From NCBI GenBank assembly GCA_964016885.1, contig OZ024740.1:314402001-314466000 (forward strand): a DNA stretch of 64,000 nucleotides. Reading direction: 5' to 3'. This DNA comes from Eledone cirrhosa (taxonomy: Eukaryota). A model generated the notes under the pieces. The model saw only the letters and a program-made list of their open reading frames with translations. It searched no databases and was not told the DNA's origin. Position 1 is the first letter of the stretch; each line of letters opens with the position of its first letter. The translations under genes were made by a program, and so were the position numbers. Positions 1 to 11,404 of this stretch are shown piece after piece.

Positions 1-1126
1 CTGGGCATGCCGTGGCTGATGATGCGCAGGCACGCGCTCAGGCTACGACATCTCCACCTCTTCCTCGACGGTGATCAGGTGTGGTCGCCGTTTGCTAGAC
101 GCGTTTTTCCCCAGCTCGTTTCCTTGACGGAGCTGCAGTCCTGGGTCAAGCGAAGACCGAGAGGGAGCGCCTGGAGACTGGAATGTCTTCAGGCGCTCAC
201 AGCCCTCGACCAATCGGGCAATGTGATCGGTGGAAACTCCACCTCGGCGTTCTATAGAGGATTAGTGGAGGGGAAGAGCGACGACGTACTTGGGGAAACT
301 CTAGGCGTCGACGAAAATCAACTAGCCAATCTCTTCGTAAGAACTTTCGGGCCGGGGCCTATGGACAACTTCCAGAAATCTCTGGCCTGGCAGTGCTACC
401 GAGGAGCCTTGCCAGTTCGGGATAAACTCTACAGGCATGGAGGTGCCGTCAGCCGGGCATGTCCGAGATGCGCGCAGGGCGACGAAACCGTCCTGCACGC
501 ACTCGTCCAGTGTCCGAAAATTGCTGACTTGTGGGTTTATGTCGAACACCTGCTGTCGCGTTTAGGACGGATCCGGCTATCATCTGAGTCCATCGTGAGG
601 ATTGCCCCGCCCTCCTCCTTTAGCCGGGAAGGGCAGGCAGTTTTTATCTGTCTGGTGGCCATGGCGAAAGAGATAGTATGGTGGACACGTTTGAAAGGGC
701 TGAAGACGAGCACTTACCTCTTCGGTGATGCTCTGATTGACTTTTTCAAATTTCATTTGAAAAGGAAAATCAGAGTAGAGAGGGAAGTGCTCTCTTCCCA
801 GCATTTTGTTGAAAGATGGGTGAGAGAAGCAAGAATGGCCCGAGTGAATGGGCCTACTCTGAGCATATATCTGTAAATTAAAGGTGGAAAACTGGGAGAG
901 GGCACTTGCCTTGGTGGTCAGGGTCATTGTGGCTTTTTACTGGGCTTTCTCCACAAATGTCCCTCCGAAGTCTCCCCCCCCTTATTGGGGAATTTTTCAT
1001 TGTTATTTTTGTTACATCCTCTGTTTTTGTTTTTTACACGCAGAAATGCCCATTTGTACCGTCCTGCATTGTCCTGCACTGTCCTTAATGTCTACTTTAT
1101 GTAAACCCTTGTGGTTAATAAAGAAA

Positions 1127-1128
<2 letters not shown>
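1..1128 (+). mobile_element. 3' end of Tx1/L1-clade non-LTR retrotransposon (ORF2 C-terminus with zf-RVT-like CCHC, 3' UTR)
   Basis: ORF 7..876 has CPRC...ETVLHALVQC and is homologous to the ORF at 25268..25972. The 3' UTR ends AATAAAGAAATC directly into a (TTA)n tract. Confidence 0.9.
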
Positions 1129-1161
<33 letters not shown>

Positions 1162-1162
1162 A

Positions 1163-1413
1163 TACACTGGGATAATTGCTGGCCTTGTGCCTAACGTAGA
1201 AACAATTATTATTATTATTATTATTATTATTGTGAATTGGCAGTATCGGTAGAGGGTTGGGTGCCATGCTTTGATGCATAGAGTTACGGCCCTTGCCATT
1301 CTGAGTTCAAATCCCGCCGAGGTTAACTTTGCCTTTCATCCTTACGGGGTCGATAAAATAAAGTACCAGTAATGTACTGGGTAATTGCTGGCCTTGTGCC
1401 AAAAGTAGAAACA

Positions 1414-1473
<60 letters not shown>

Positions 1474-1700
1474 CACTGGGTAATTGCTGGCCTTGTGCCT
1501 AACGTAGAAACAATTATTATTATTATTATTATTATCATAAAGGGCCGGACACCATGCTTTGCAGCATAGAGTTACGGCCCTTTATGATCTGAGTTCAAAT
1601 ACCGCCGAGGTTAACTTTGCCTTTCATAAAGTACCAGTAATTTAATCGACTTTCCCCTCTCCCCAAATTGTTGGCCTTGTTCCTAAATCAAAAACTATTG
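1163..1700 (+). mobile_element. Cluster of tRNA-derived SINE family A copies and fragments separated by (TTA)n
   Basis: Full copy at ~1236-1416 with A-box-like TGGCAGTATCGG, B-box GAGTTCAAATCCC, central GCCTTTCATCCTTACGGGGTCGATAAAATAAAGTACC and an (ATT)n tail. 3' fragments at ~1163 and ~1473, partial copy at ~1538-1700. Confidence 0.85.
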
Positions 1701-2254
1701 CTGTTGTTGTTGTTATTGTTGTACTTGTTACTGTTGTTGTTGTACTTGTTATTGTTGTTGTTGTATTCGATGTTGTTATTGTATTTCTTGTTGGTGTTAT
1801 TGTATTTGTTGTTGTTGTTGTTGTTGTTGTACTTGTTGTTCTTCTTGTTTTGCTGCTGTTGTTGATGATGTTTAAATTAATACTGGTAAATAAATAAAAG
1901 CTGGAGGTGTTTAACGCCGTAAATATAATCTTTACAGCATCACACTTCAATGTATTGATTGCTCATCCTAGTTTAAACAGAACTCAAGAGGTCTCATAAT
2001 TGTACTTCTGATTATTGTGGGTTGTTTTATTGCAGTAGTATCTGTTGTTATTGTCGTTATAGTTATTGCCGTAGCATCTGTTGTTGTTATTGTTATTGTC
2101 GTTGAAATATGAGTTTTAGCAAAAAATATAAGAAACATCCTATCTTGTTTCCAGCGGTTGTCTGGTTATTGCCATTGTCGGTGTTTGTGTGAAATAAAGT
2201 GGTGGTGTGTGTGTGTGTGTGTGTGGGGGGGGGGTTTAATATCAGTAGAGTGTC

Positions 2255-2440
2255 GGAAAATATGCTTTGCAGCATGGAGTTGTATCCCTTTACGTTCTAA
2301 GTTCAAATCCCGTCGAGGTTGGCTTTGCCTTTCATCCTTACGGGGTCGATAAAATAAAGTACCAGTAATTCACTGGGGTCGAATTAATCGACTTGCCCCT
2401 CCCCAAAATTGTTGGCTTTGTGCCTAAATCAGAAACCATT
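2255..2440 (+). mobile_element. SINE family A copy
   Basis: GTTCAAATCCCG B-box, the same central core and the GTGCCTAAATCAGAAACCATTATT tail. Confidence 0.8.
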
Positions 2441-2537
2441 ATTTTTGTGTGTATATATATGAGAAAGATAGAGACTACTCGGTAGTGTGTGATGGGTTGG
2501 AGGGAAAACAACTTGAAATTAACTCCCTTTACTTTTT

Positions 2538-2685
2538 TCACGTTGCTCTTTCTGTCAGGAGTTGCGACCGGTAGATAGTATCAGCAATGGAAAGACCAAT
2601 GGAAACATTGTTTCCTTGGTCCGATTTGACGAGCTCCACCCCACTCGCTAGGCAAATGAGGTCTAGAAAATTGTCAATCGTTTGT
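2538..2685 (+). mobile_element. 5'-truncated copy of SINE family C
   Basis: Matches the reverse complement of 4480-4630 (CAATGGAAACATTGTTTCCTTGGTCCGATTT). Confidence 0.7.
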
Positions 2686-2799
2686 TCTAATCTATATATA
2701 TAAATAGGAGGGGGGGGGGGTAATTTACAAATCTGCAGACTCAATTTCCGGGCCCCCTTTAAAATATATAGTGACCCATACCATTCACTGAAATCATAC

Positions 2800-3335
2800 T
2801 ACAATTTTATATTATAAAGTTGTAGTTCCTGTCTGTTTGTTTGTTTGTTCACGAACTCCTCCTATGGTTTTGGAGATAGATCCCCATAACCATATATATT
2901 CTTAAACTACATTGCCCAGGGTACTTGGATAAGTATATTTCATTTTAATCAAATGGTTCCCCGAGGATGGGGGAAGGTCCCCGGGGGCACAAACACCCGC
3001 TGAAAATTTTTTTCCCTTCGATTTATATGAAATTTAAACAATAGTTAAATGACAAGATATGATACCTATTCACAAATTTCAGCAAATTTCAATAATATTA
3101 AGACGCCCTAATGGAGGTTAAACCCCCTATAGTGAAAAGTTTGGAAGCCCATAACTTGAGTATTGCAAACGTAAATCATCAACAAAAAAGCACCTCTCTT
3201 TTATAGTAAAATTTGGCTAATTTAGACATTTTATCTATGGCAAAACATCACTAAAATTATGACAACAAAAATTATTAGTTAATGCCTCTACTGTTTATGT
3301 GTGAAATGCAGCAAGGCGCGGGTAATTCGGCTAGT
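2800..3335 (+). mobile_element. Non-autonomous Helitron-like element
   Basis: 5' TATATTATAAAG followed by a (GTCT/GTTT)n tract. The 3' end has a GC-rich degenerate hairpin (GCAAGGCGCGGGT) then GGCTAG|T. Confidence 0.6.
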
Positions 3336-3536
3336 AGTTAAATAAAACAACATAGACGGTGAATTGACAGAGTCGTTAGAACTGTCAGATAGAATGTTTT
3401 GCAGCATTCGTTCCGGCTCTCTGCTCTCTCTGAGTTCGAATCCCATCGAAATCAACTTTGGTTTTCATTCGTTCACAGTCAATAAAAAGGTATCAGTCCT
3501 GTACTGGAGTCGATTCTTGCTCTATATCCTTTACTC

Positions 3537-3605
<69 letters not shown>

Positions 3606-3907
3606 ACTCCCTCTCTCTCTCTCTCAATCAGCTGTGTTCAGACCTGGAGAGGGGATGAGCTCAGCCTGGTTTAAATTGCCCAAGACAACTTTATCAGAAG
3701 TTAAGGATTCATACATATATACACATACTGCCTTTAACCAAATAAATTATTATTGGTGTATATCAATGATACGTGCTTGATACATTTTAGTTCAGCATCA
3801 CTCATAACTCTGATCAACAAAGCTGACAGATAACAGCGTTTTATTTCACCATAAAGTGAAAAATATTATTAGGACCCCTTAAATGCATCTCCCGGCCAGG
3901 ATGTGAA

Positions 3908-4230
3908 GGTGCGTGGCTTTGTGGTTAGGGTATTCGGCTCATAACTCTACTGTCATGAGTTCGACTCCCACCAGCTGGTTGTGTCCTTGAGCAAGACTCT
4001 TTATTTTACGTTGCTCCAGTCCACTCAGCTGGCAAAAATGAGTTGTACCTATAATTCGAAGGGCCAGTCTTGTCACGTTCGGTGTCACGCTGAATCTCCC
4101 AGAGAACTACATTAAGGGTACACATGTCTGTGGAATGCTCAGCCACTTACACGTTAATTTCACGAGCAAGATGTTCCGTTGATCGGATCAATAGAAACAC
4201 TCGTCGTCGTAACCGACGGTGTACCAGTTA
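3908..4230 (+). mobile_element. tRNA-derived SINE family B
   Basis: A-box TGGCTTTGTGG, B-box GAGTTCGACTCCC, then GTGTCCTTGAGCAAG...CCACTCAGCTG central domain and a distinct 3' body. Confidence 0.75.
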
Positions 4231-4474
4231 TATCTAAATGTACCGTGACCGTAGTCATAGTTTTCCAAATGCCTCGGTAGTCTAGGTTCTGTGTTAACTT
4301 TTTAGTTTGTTCCGTTGTTAGAAGTTTTTTTTTAAACTGCACTGTTTTGAATGCAATGTTGAAGTTATCAAAGTTGGTGATATGGCTGCTGTGGTCACTG
4401 TTGCCAATAGTAGATGGAGTGTCGTTGAATCTTCTAGTATTGCTGTGTTGCTTCTACAGTTGTAGGTTTGGGGG

Positions 4475-4735
4475 CGAAATGAAAACGATCGATAATTTGT
4501 CAGACCTCGTTTGCTTACCGAGTGCGGTATAACTCGTTAAATCGGACCAAGGAAACAATGTTTCCATTGATCTGGCCATTGGTAATATTATCTACCGCTT
4601 GTAACTCCTAACAGAAAGAGCAATGTGAAATGTGTCTTGCTCAAGGACAAAACGCATTGCCCGTTCCGGGAATCGAACTTGCAACCTCCCAATTGAAAGT
4701 CCAACTCACTAACAACTGAGCCGCGCGCTTTCACA
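4475..4735 (-). mobile_element. tRNA-derived SINE family C, full length
   Basis: Minus strand reads CGGCTCAGTTGTTAG (A-box-like), AAGTTCGATTCCC (B-box) and GTCCTTGAGCAAGACAC. The body is shared with 2538-2685. Confidence 0.75.
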
Positions 4736-4926
4736 ATTGTATAATGTAGTCTTAGAAAAATAAGATATGATTTTTGCGTGTTAAATGTCTTTGATAATAA
4801 GACTGCTCGATCAAAGCAATATAGAGTTAAACAACAAAAACAATTAAAAAAGAAAGGTTTAATAATAATATATATATACTTTATTATTGTCTAAATAGAT
4901 TTAATATACATTATGCTGTGACATAT

Positions 4927-4980
<54 letters not shown>

Positions 4981-5212
4981 TGTAAATGAATTCCTGTGAA
5001 TAAAAAAATGTTTATACAATGCAAATCTAGAGTTAAGTATATATATATGTGTGTATAACTATATGTGTGTATAACTGTATGTGTATGCATATATATATAT
5101 ATATATATATATATAACGAAGGAAATGTGGTAAGGAACCCGATGTAAGGAACCCGGAGTCCAGAATTAGTCGTCGAAACGGCTTGAGCTCAGCCGTCGGG
5201 GTCCTACTCGTT

Positions 5213-5316
<104 letters not shown>

Positions 5317-5412
5317 TATATATATATTTATACACACACACACACACATATATATATATAATGTAAATGAATTCCTGTGAATCAATATTTTTTTTATAAA
5401 TGCAAATGTAAA

Positions 5413-5492
<80 letters not shown>

Positions 5493-5671
5493 GGGGGTAT
5501 ATGTGTGTCTATATATGTATATATAACAACCATCCGGTTATTAAACTAACCGTATGGGTATTTAGAATAAATTGAAGTTCAACATGTGAGTGTGTTTTTA
5601 TCGGCAGCATGACCTTCCCAACGTATAACAATATATGTTTCAACACACGCTTTCAGATAACAAATACAAAA

Positions 5672-5830
<159 letters not shown>

Positions 5831-5937
5831 TTCCAGTTTTTATATTTAAAAATGAATTTATATATATATATATATATAAAGAATAAAGTTTCGCCTGTTT
5901 ATCACAGGGTCATCAGACAACTTTTAAATGACTATAT

Positions 5938-6008
<71 letters not shown>

Positions 6009-6140
6009 CAAAGAGTTATTTAATCTGTTGGTTATTCAACAAATTTATTTATAACAGATTCGAAACACTCTACAGATTTTTTTCTGGAGTTTAATATCAA
6101 TAATATTAATAAATGGAAACTATCTTTATAAAACCATATT

Positions 6141-6201
6141 TATTTTATTATATATATTTCAAGGGTACTAAAATGTTGGTACGTTCTCATCAGATAAAAT
6201 A
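6141..6201 (-). ncRNA. Minimal type I hammerhead ribozyme motif (TATATA stem III family)
   Basis: Minus strand TATTTTAT-CTGATGA-gaacGTAC..GTACcctt-GAAA-TATATA-TA-ATAAAATA gives an 8-bp stem I, an intact core and a palindromic stem III. It lies between perfect 33-bp inverted repeats (6094-6126 and 6314-6346). Confidence 0.7.
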
Positions 6202-6340
6202 CAAAAGTTGTTTTATAAATAGTGACATATCAAAAAAAAAAAAAATTATTGTTTTAAAATCTGTTTGAAACAGAACTTAAAACGATAAGTTCTTGTTCCT
6301 TGTTTTTTGATATAAGATAGTTTCCATTTATTAATATTAT

Positions 6341-6394
<54 letters not shown>

Positions 6395-7187
6395 ATGATG
6401 ATGATGATGATAATGATGATGGCTCCAACTTGATTTCGAGTAATGTCATCGCTTGATACTGAAGCATGAATATCACGGACGTGGCTTTTTATTCCTGCTA
6501 GGGACTTGCCTATGGCCAGCAATACCATGCATCGCAAAAAATGTCTCATATTTACCGATGCCTGTGTTTGAAGCTTTTTAAAGTGAGGAAAGGCTTTCCA
6601 CGGAGCCAATACCACTCTAAAATTATTTGTAGCTGAAGTTTGCTAATTAGTTAATGTGTCAATATTTATTATTAAGTATGATAATTTTATTATTTCTCGT
6701 GTTTTAGGTATGAGAGTGTATATATGTGTGCATGACTCTATGTATGTGTGTGAAGTGGGGATAAAATTAAATTGTATCAGGTCTGGGCTACGTATGAGTA
6801 TTTTCTTATATCCTAACCTTTGTTCACTAGGCTGGAAGTGATATAGATATGTAAGGAGGACTGTATGTGTAGCACCGGAATTTGACAGAGACATTAATAT
6901 TGTCAAAATGTCTAGCTTTCTTAGATATATTGCTTGAAGTCGTAAGACCTAAACAAAATTGATCTCTTGCAGAGAAAGAGAGACATGGGAGGATAGGGAG
7001 AGATAGAGAGAGAGGGGGGAGGTAGAGGGGGAACCAACCCCAGTACAGAATGTGTACGATATACGAGGGCTGGCTGAAAAGTCAATAGGCTTACAATGAA
7101 GAAGTGATGCTAGAGCTGTGAAATCCTTGCGATACACGAGGGTTGGCTGAACATATGAGTCCTTCATTCAGTGCATATATGTATGCA

Positions 7188-7232
<45 letters not shown>

Positions 7233-7289
7233 GCGGTGCCCCAGCATGGCCTCAGCCGGATGGCTGAAACAGGTAAATGAGTAAAAGAG

Positions 7290-7323
<34 letters not shown>

Positions 7324-7522
7324 TGTATGTATGTATGTATGTATGTATGTGTGTGTGTGAGTGTGACTCCCGGGTTCAAATGGGGGAAACCACAGTTAGT
7401 AAGGTACTCAGTAGAGTGTAAATATCAAGTTTAATATAGAAATGGCTTCATTATGATTTTTTTTTAATGAAACAGCTCTAGTCCTGAAGTAACTATTTCT
7501 ATATTAAACTTTATATTTATTT

Positions 7523-7588
<66 letters not shown>

Positions 7589-7621
7589 ATGTATATATAT
7601 ACACACACACACAAAACTAAG

Positions 7622-8549
7622 TTAGGTACTTGAAGATAGAATGTCAGGATGTCCAGGTTCAACACGACAACAGCGGCAACAACGTGCCAAAAAGCCGCAA
7701 CTGATGTTATGAAAAACACGCACGCATTCCTTTCGGAAGTATGGGTTCAAGAAACTGTATATAATCGGGTTACATGCATTATTGATGAGGAAGAACTTTG
7801 AAAATAACTTCTCGACCACCTGGACAGTAACACTCTTTTTACGACCTGTATATGTTAAAGTCCTGATGATCATCGATAGTAAAGATGGCAGGTAACTGAT
7901 GACGAAAAATAGTGTTACAATAAACAGTATTAAAGTTGTTCGGCTGACTTTTTTACGCAGGCTGCTGGCGAATCTAGCTCTGTTCAGTGGAAAAGATAGG
8001 CTTTTGGGACTCATCGGACTCATTGGACTTTTGGGGTTTGATTCTTTCATAGACCTTTTCAGAGAAGCAGTTTTCGGGAATTCTGGCTGCTTTTCCTTTT
8101 CGCTGATGCTAATCTGTTCTTGCTCCGTACTGGTCTGTCGAGAGGTGAGCTTTCGTCTTCGCTGTCGGACCTCCAGATAAAGGAGTGTATAAAGGACAGC
8201 GAGAATGAAGCAGATAAGGAAGAAAATCCCACAGAGGAGGAAAAAGCAGATCCCTGCTAATTTATGATTTATCACTGTACAGTCATGGCCTATTACGTTA
8301 GAAGAGAATTTTATGGTTATTACACCGCTATAGAAGATGGATGGCACAGAGATGAGTATGCCCACGATGGCTGCGATTCCACACATTACCTTTATAATTA
8401 ATATGGACATTTTATCATGCGGTCTGCATACTTTCCAATAGCGATCAATGGCTACTTCCAACAAAATTATAGAAGATCCAATTACCATGAAGGACTCGGT
8501 AAAACGGACAACTTTGCATCCAATGTCGCTAGTAAACATATATGGATAT
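7622..8549 (-). CDS. Class A (rhodopsin-like) GPCR, coding exon 2 (ECL1 to C-terminus, TM3-TM7)
   Basis: GCK TM3 cysteine, AIDRY, TM6 SYLP, TM7 NNACNPIIY and helix-8 FR. Acceptor ttttcttgcag ends at 8550 and is in frame with exon 1 (AG|A = Arg). Confidence 0.92.
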
Positions 8550-8859
8550 CTGCAAGAAAAAGTAAGTTTCAGTTGATAAAACAATTGTAAATAGATTTAA
8601 GGCTTTAACAGATTAACGTTTGAGTGGTGTTTCTATAACAGACAATTATGAATTGTCTGTTATAGAAATACCAGAGCAAACAACAGAGAATGTAATATTG
8701 ATATCATTTACATTAGATTATTCAGAAATTGGTGCAGGTTTTTAAGCATTAACGTTAAAACGACATTTATCAGTCCAGAACAAACTTCATTGGTCGAAAT
8801 ATAAACATTAAATATAAACATTAAATATAAACATTAAAATTTACACATATTTTTCAACA

Positions 8860-9720
8860 AATTTATTTATTCGGATAACGGAATTCCGAAGACATTTTTT
8901 TAGGCTGCATGGTTGTTGAAGACTTTTTCTTGCATGAAGTTGTCAAAATGCTTGAAAAAGTGGTAGTCGATTGGTGAACGATCCGGGGAGTATACTGTAT
9001 GAAGCAGAGCTTCGTAGGCCAATTGCTTCAACTTCTGGAGCGATGATTGTGCGATGTGTGGTTGAGCGTTGACGTGCAAGAGGTTTGAACCTTTTTATGC
9101 ATTTCATCGATTTCGTGACAATACTTCTTGTCTGATGCGATTGGTTTGCCAGGATTCAGAGAGATGCAGTGAATTTATCCAACTGTGGACCAGCAAACAG
9201 TAACCATAACCTTCTTTTGGTGCAACTTCGGCTTTGGGAAATATTTAGGATCATCTCGGTCCAACCACTGTACTGAACGTCGTTTGTTGTGTAGATTCCA
9301 TTTTTCATCGCACGTTAAAATGCGATCAAGGAATTGATCGTTTTTTGTTGCGCAAAAGAAGCGAAGAGGAGACTTCATAATGTCAATGTTTCTGTTTTTC
9401 GTTGAATTTGTGTGACACACATTTTTTTAAAGCTTCTTAGACTTTCCAATTCGGTTCAAATGCTCGAAAAGGGTTCTAATGTTTACACCTTGCTCTCTTT
9501 CACGCTCTCGAGCATGTGTGTGAGGATTAGTTTCTCCAGAGTCGTCAGTTAATCGTTAGCAGAAGGACGTCTATGACCTTCCTTATCTTCAAGAGTGAAT
9601 CTATCACGACGGAATGTTTGAAATTAACGTTATACTGTGCATTCATTAACGCTTCCTTAGCTTCAAATGTCATTGATTTGCGCTGCTCTGAGGCCAAGAA
9701 TAAACTGAAATAAATAAATT
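8860..9720 (-). pseudogene. Degraded mariner (DD34D-type) transposase
   Basis: ILTCDEKW...PKPKLHQKKVMVTVCW in ORF 9175..9420 and YSPDRSPIDYHFFKHFDNF near 8940-8995, broken by frameshifts and stops. Confidence 0.85.
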
Positions 9721-9934
9721 TGATGCAAATCCTATTTTGACATCTTAACTTCAAAGATTTGAAAATTGCCAAAAATTAGTTATATAGAAAGAAATTTCAC
9801 ACCTTGCGTGAATTTTTATTCTTTAAAATGCTTTAACAGATAAAAACATAAAACCTGCATTCATTTCTGAAAAACTTAATATTTAAAGGCTCTAGCTAAA
9901 CTTGCAAGAACTAAATAGAAAATAATTGTTTATT

Positions 9935-10090
9935 CTTTTGGCACAAGGCCAGTAATTATCGCAGTGTATTACTGGTACTTTATTTTATCGACCCCGTAAG
10001 GATGAAAGGCAAAGTTAACCTCGGCGGGATTTGAACTCAGACCATAAAGGGCCGTAACTCTTTGCTGCAAAGCATGGCGTCCGACCCTAA
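9935..10090 (-). mobile_element. SINE family A copy in GPCR intron
   Basis: Reverse complement of the family A consensus. Confidence 0.85.
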
Positions 10091-10394
10091 TAGTGATGAC
10101 TGTGTAGCGGTTTGATTAATCTTTGAACGAGTAGACTTATGATCAAAGGTATTCAGCGGTGACCATCGCGTATTTTTCTTCAACACAGTGTTTTGAAGGA
10201 GATTTGGCTTCTATTTTCAGCATGTCAGATCACCTCATGCAGGCCACCCACGTCAATAAGCTAATATTAAACAGTATCACTATGGCTCACACAAATGATA
10301 TATATGAACACTTAATCTGATGGTAAAACTAAAATTAAGATCATCTCATATACTATCACAATACTGTAAATATATCATATAAATACTATCACTT

Positions 10395-10550
10395 TTCTAC
10401 TTCTTCTTCTTCTCCCACTTATTCCTGAGAGGGTCGTGGGGTCAGAGTCCTCAAACACTCCTTCAAGCGAGTCCTGTCAGAAGCAACTGTCTCCAACTGA
10501 TCCCACTGGATCCACAAGTAAGACCAGCCAAGCTCATGGATGTTGATCTT
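10395..10550 (-). mobile_element. RTE-like LINE 3' terminal fragment
   Basis: Homologous to 47740-47860 and ends in a (GAA)n tail. Confidence 0.65.
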
Positions 10551-11404
10551 CAATAACGTGAACACTAAAGCTCTAAAGCTGACAATGAAGAAATCGTACT
10601 AAAATTAAAAGGAATTCATTTTCTCTCATTTGCACAATTAAAATAGTCAATTGCTTCGGTTTTCGTAGTCACTAGTATGTACAAATGGTTGATCAGAATT
10701 AGTGATTTTAATGAAAAGAGAATAAGAATGAGGGTGTTTATGTTTTTTAAGGGCATTGGTGGTATATTTAAAGACGTTACGAGAATAGAAACCACATCGA
10801 AAATTCGTCACTATGTCATAATATGAAATTATGTAGAGTATTTTATTTTAGAATCTACACAAATTATGGTAATTTCGCTATAGTTAGAAGCACAAATACA
10901 AATATGATGTTCTCTTGGGATATAAAACGCAGCATAAACATTAATCAAACTATAGGAGAAATGATATCACTATTATTTAATAGTGATTATCACGATAGAT
11001 AATCTAAATGCCTGGAGTATATTATTCAGTGAAACGCATTTGTCATAAATATATAATGAAAGGAAGAAAAACAAATACACTTCATGTGTCAAATTTAGTT
11101 TATATTATTTCCCACTGTATTTTTTCCATCGTTCTCGCTTTTTTTCCTTTAATTTCTTCACTCACTCACTCACTCACTCTCTCACTCTCACTCACTCACT
11201 CACTCACTCACTCACTCACACACTCACTCACTCTCTCTCTCTCTCTCTCGCTAGTTCGCTCGCCCAGCTCTCTCTTTATGAGTCACCCGATTAAACACAT
11301 GCACACACACATATGCATACGTACATACTTGCATACATGCATACATACATACATACATACATACATACATACATACATACATACATACATACATACATAC
11401 ATAC

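Noticed and set aside
1236-1320. tRNA genes suggested by A and B boxes
   Set aside because: No full cloverleaf, and always followed by SINE body and tail.
7860-7910. Two CTGATGA motifs antisense to the GPCR exon
   Set aside because: No hammerhead stems; explained by the coding sequence.
7622-8584. 320-aa single-exon GPCR as called by the ORF track
   Set aside because: It lacks TM1-TM2. The first residues are intronic and the true frame splices from 13755.
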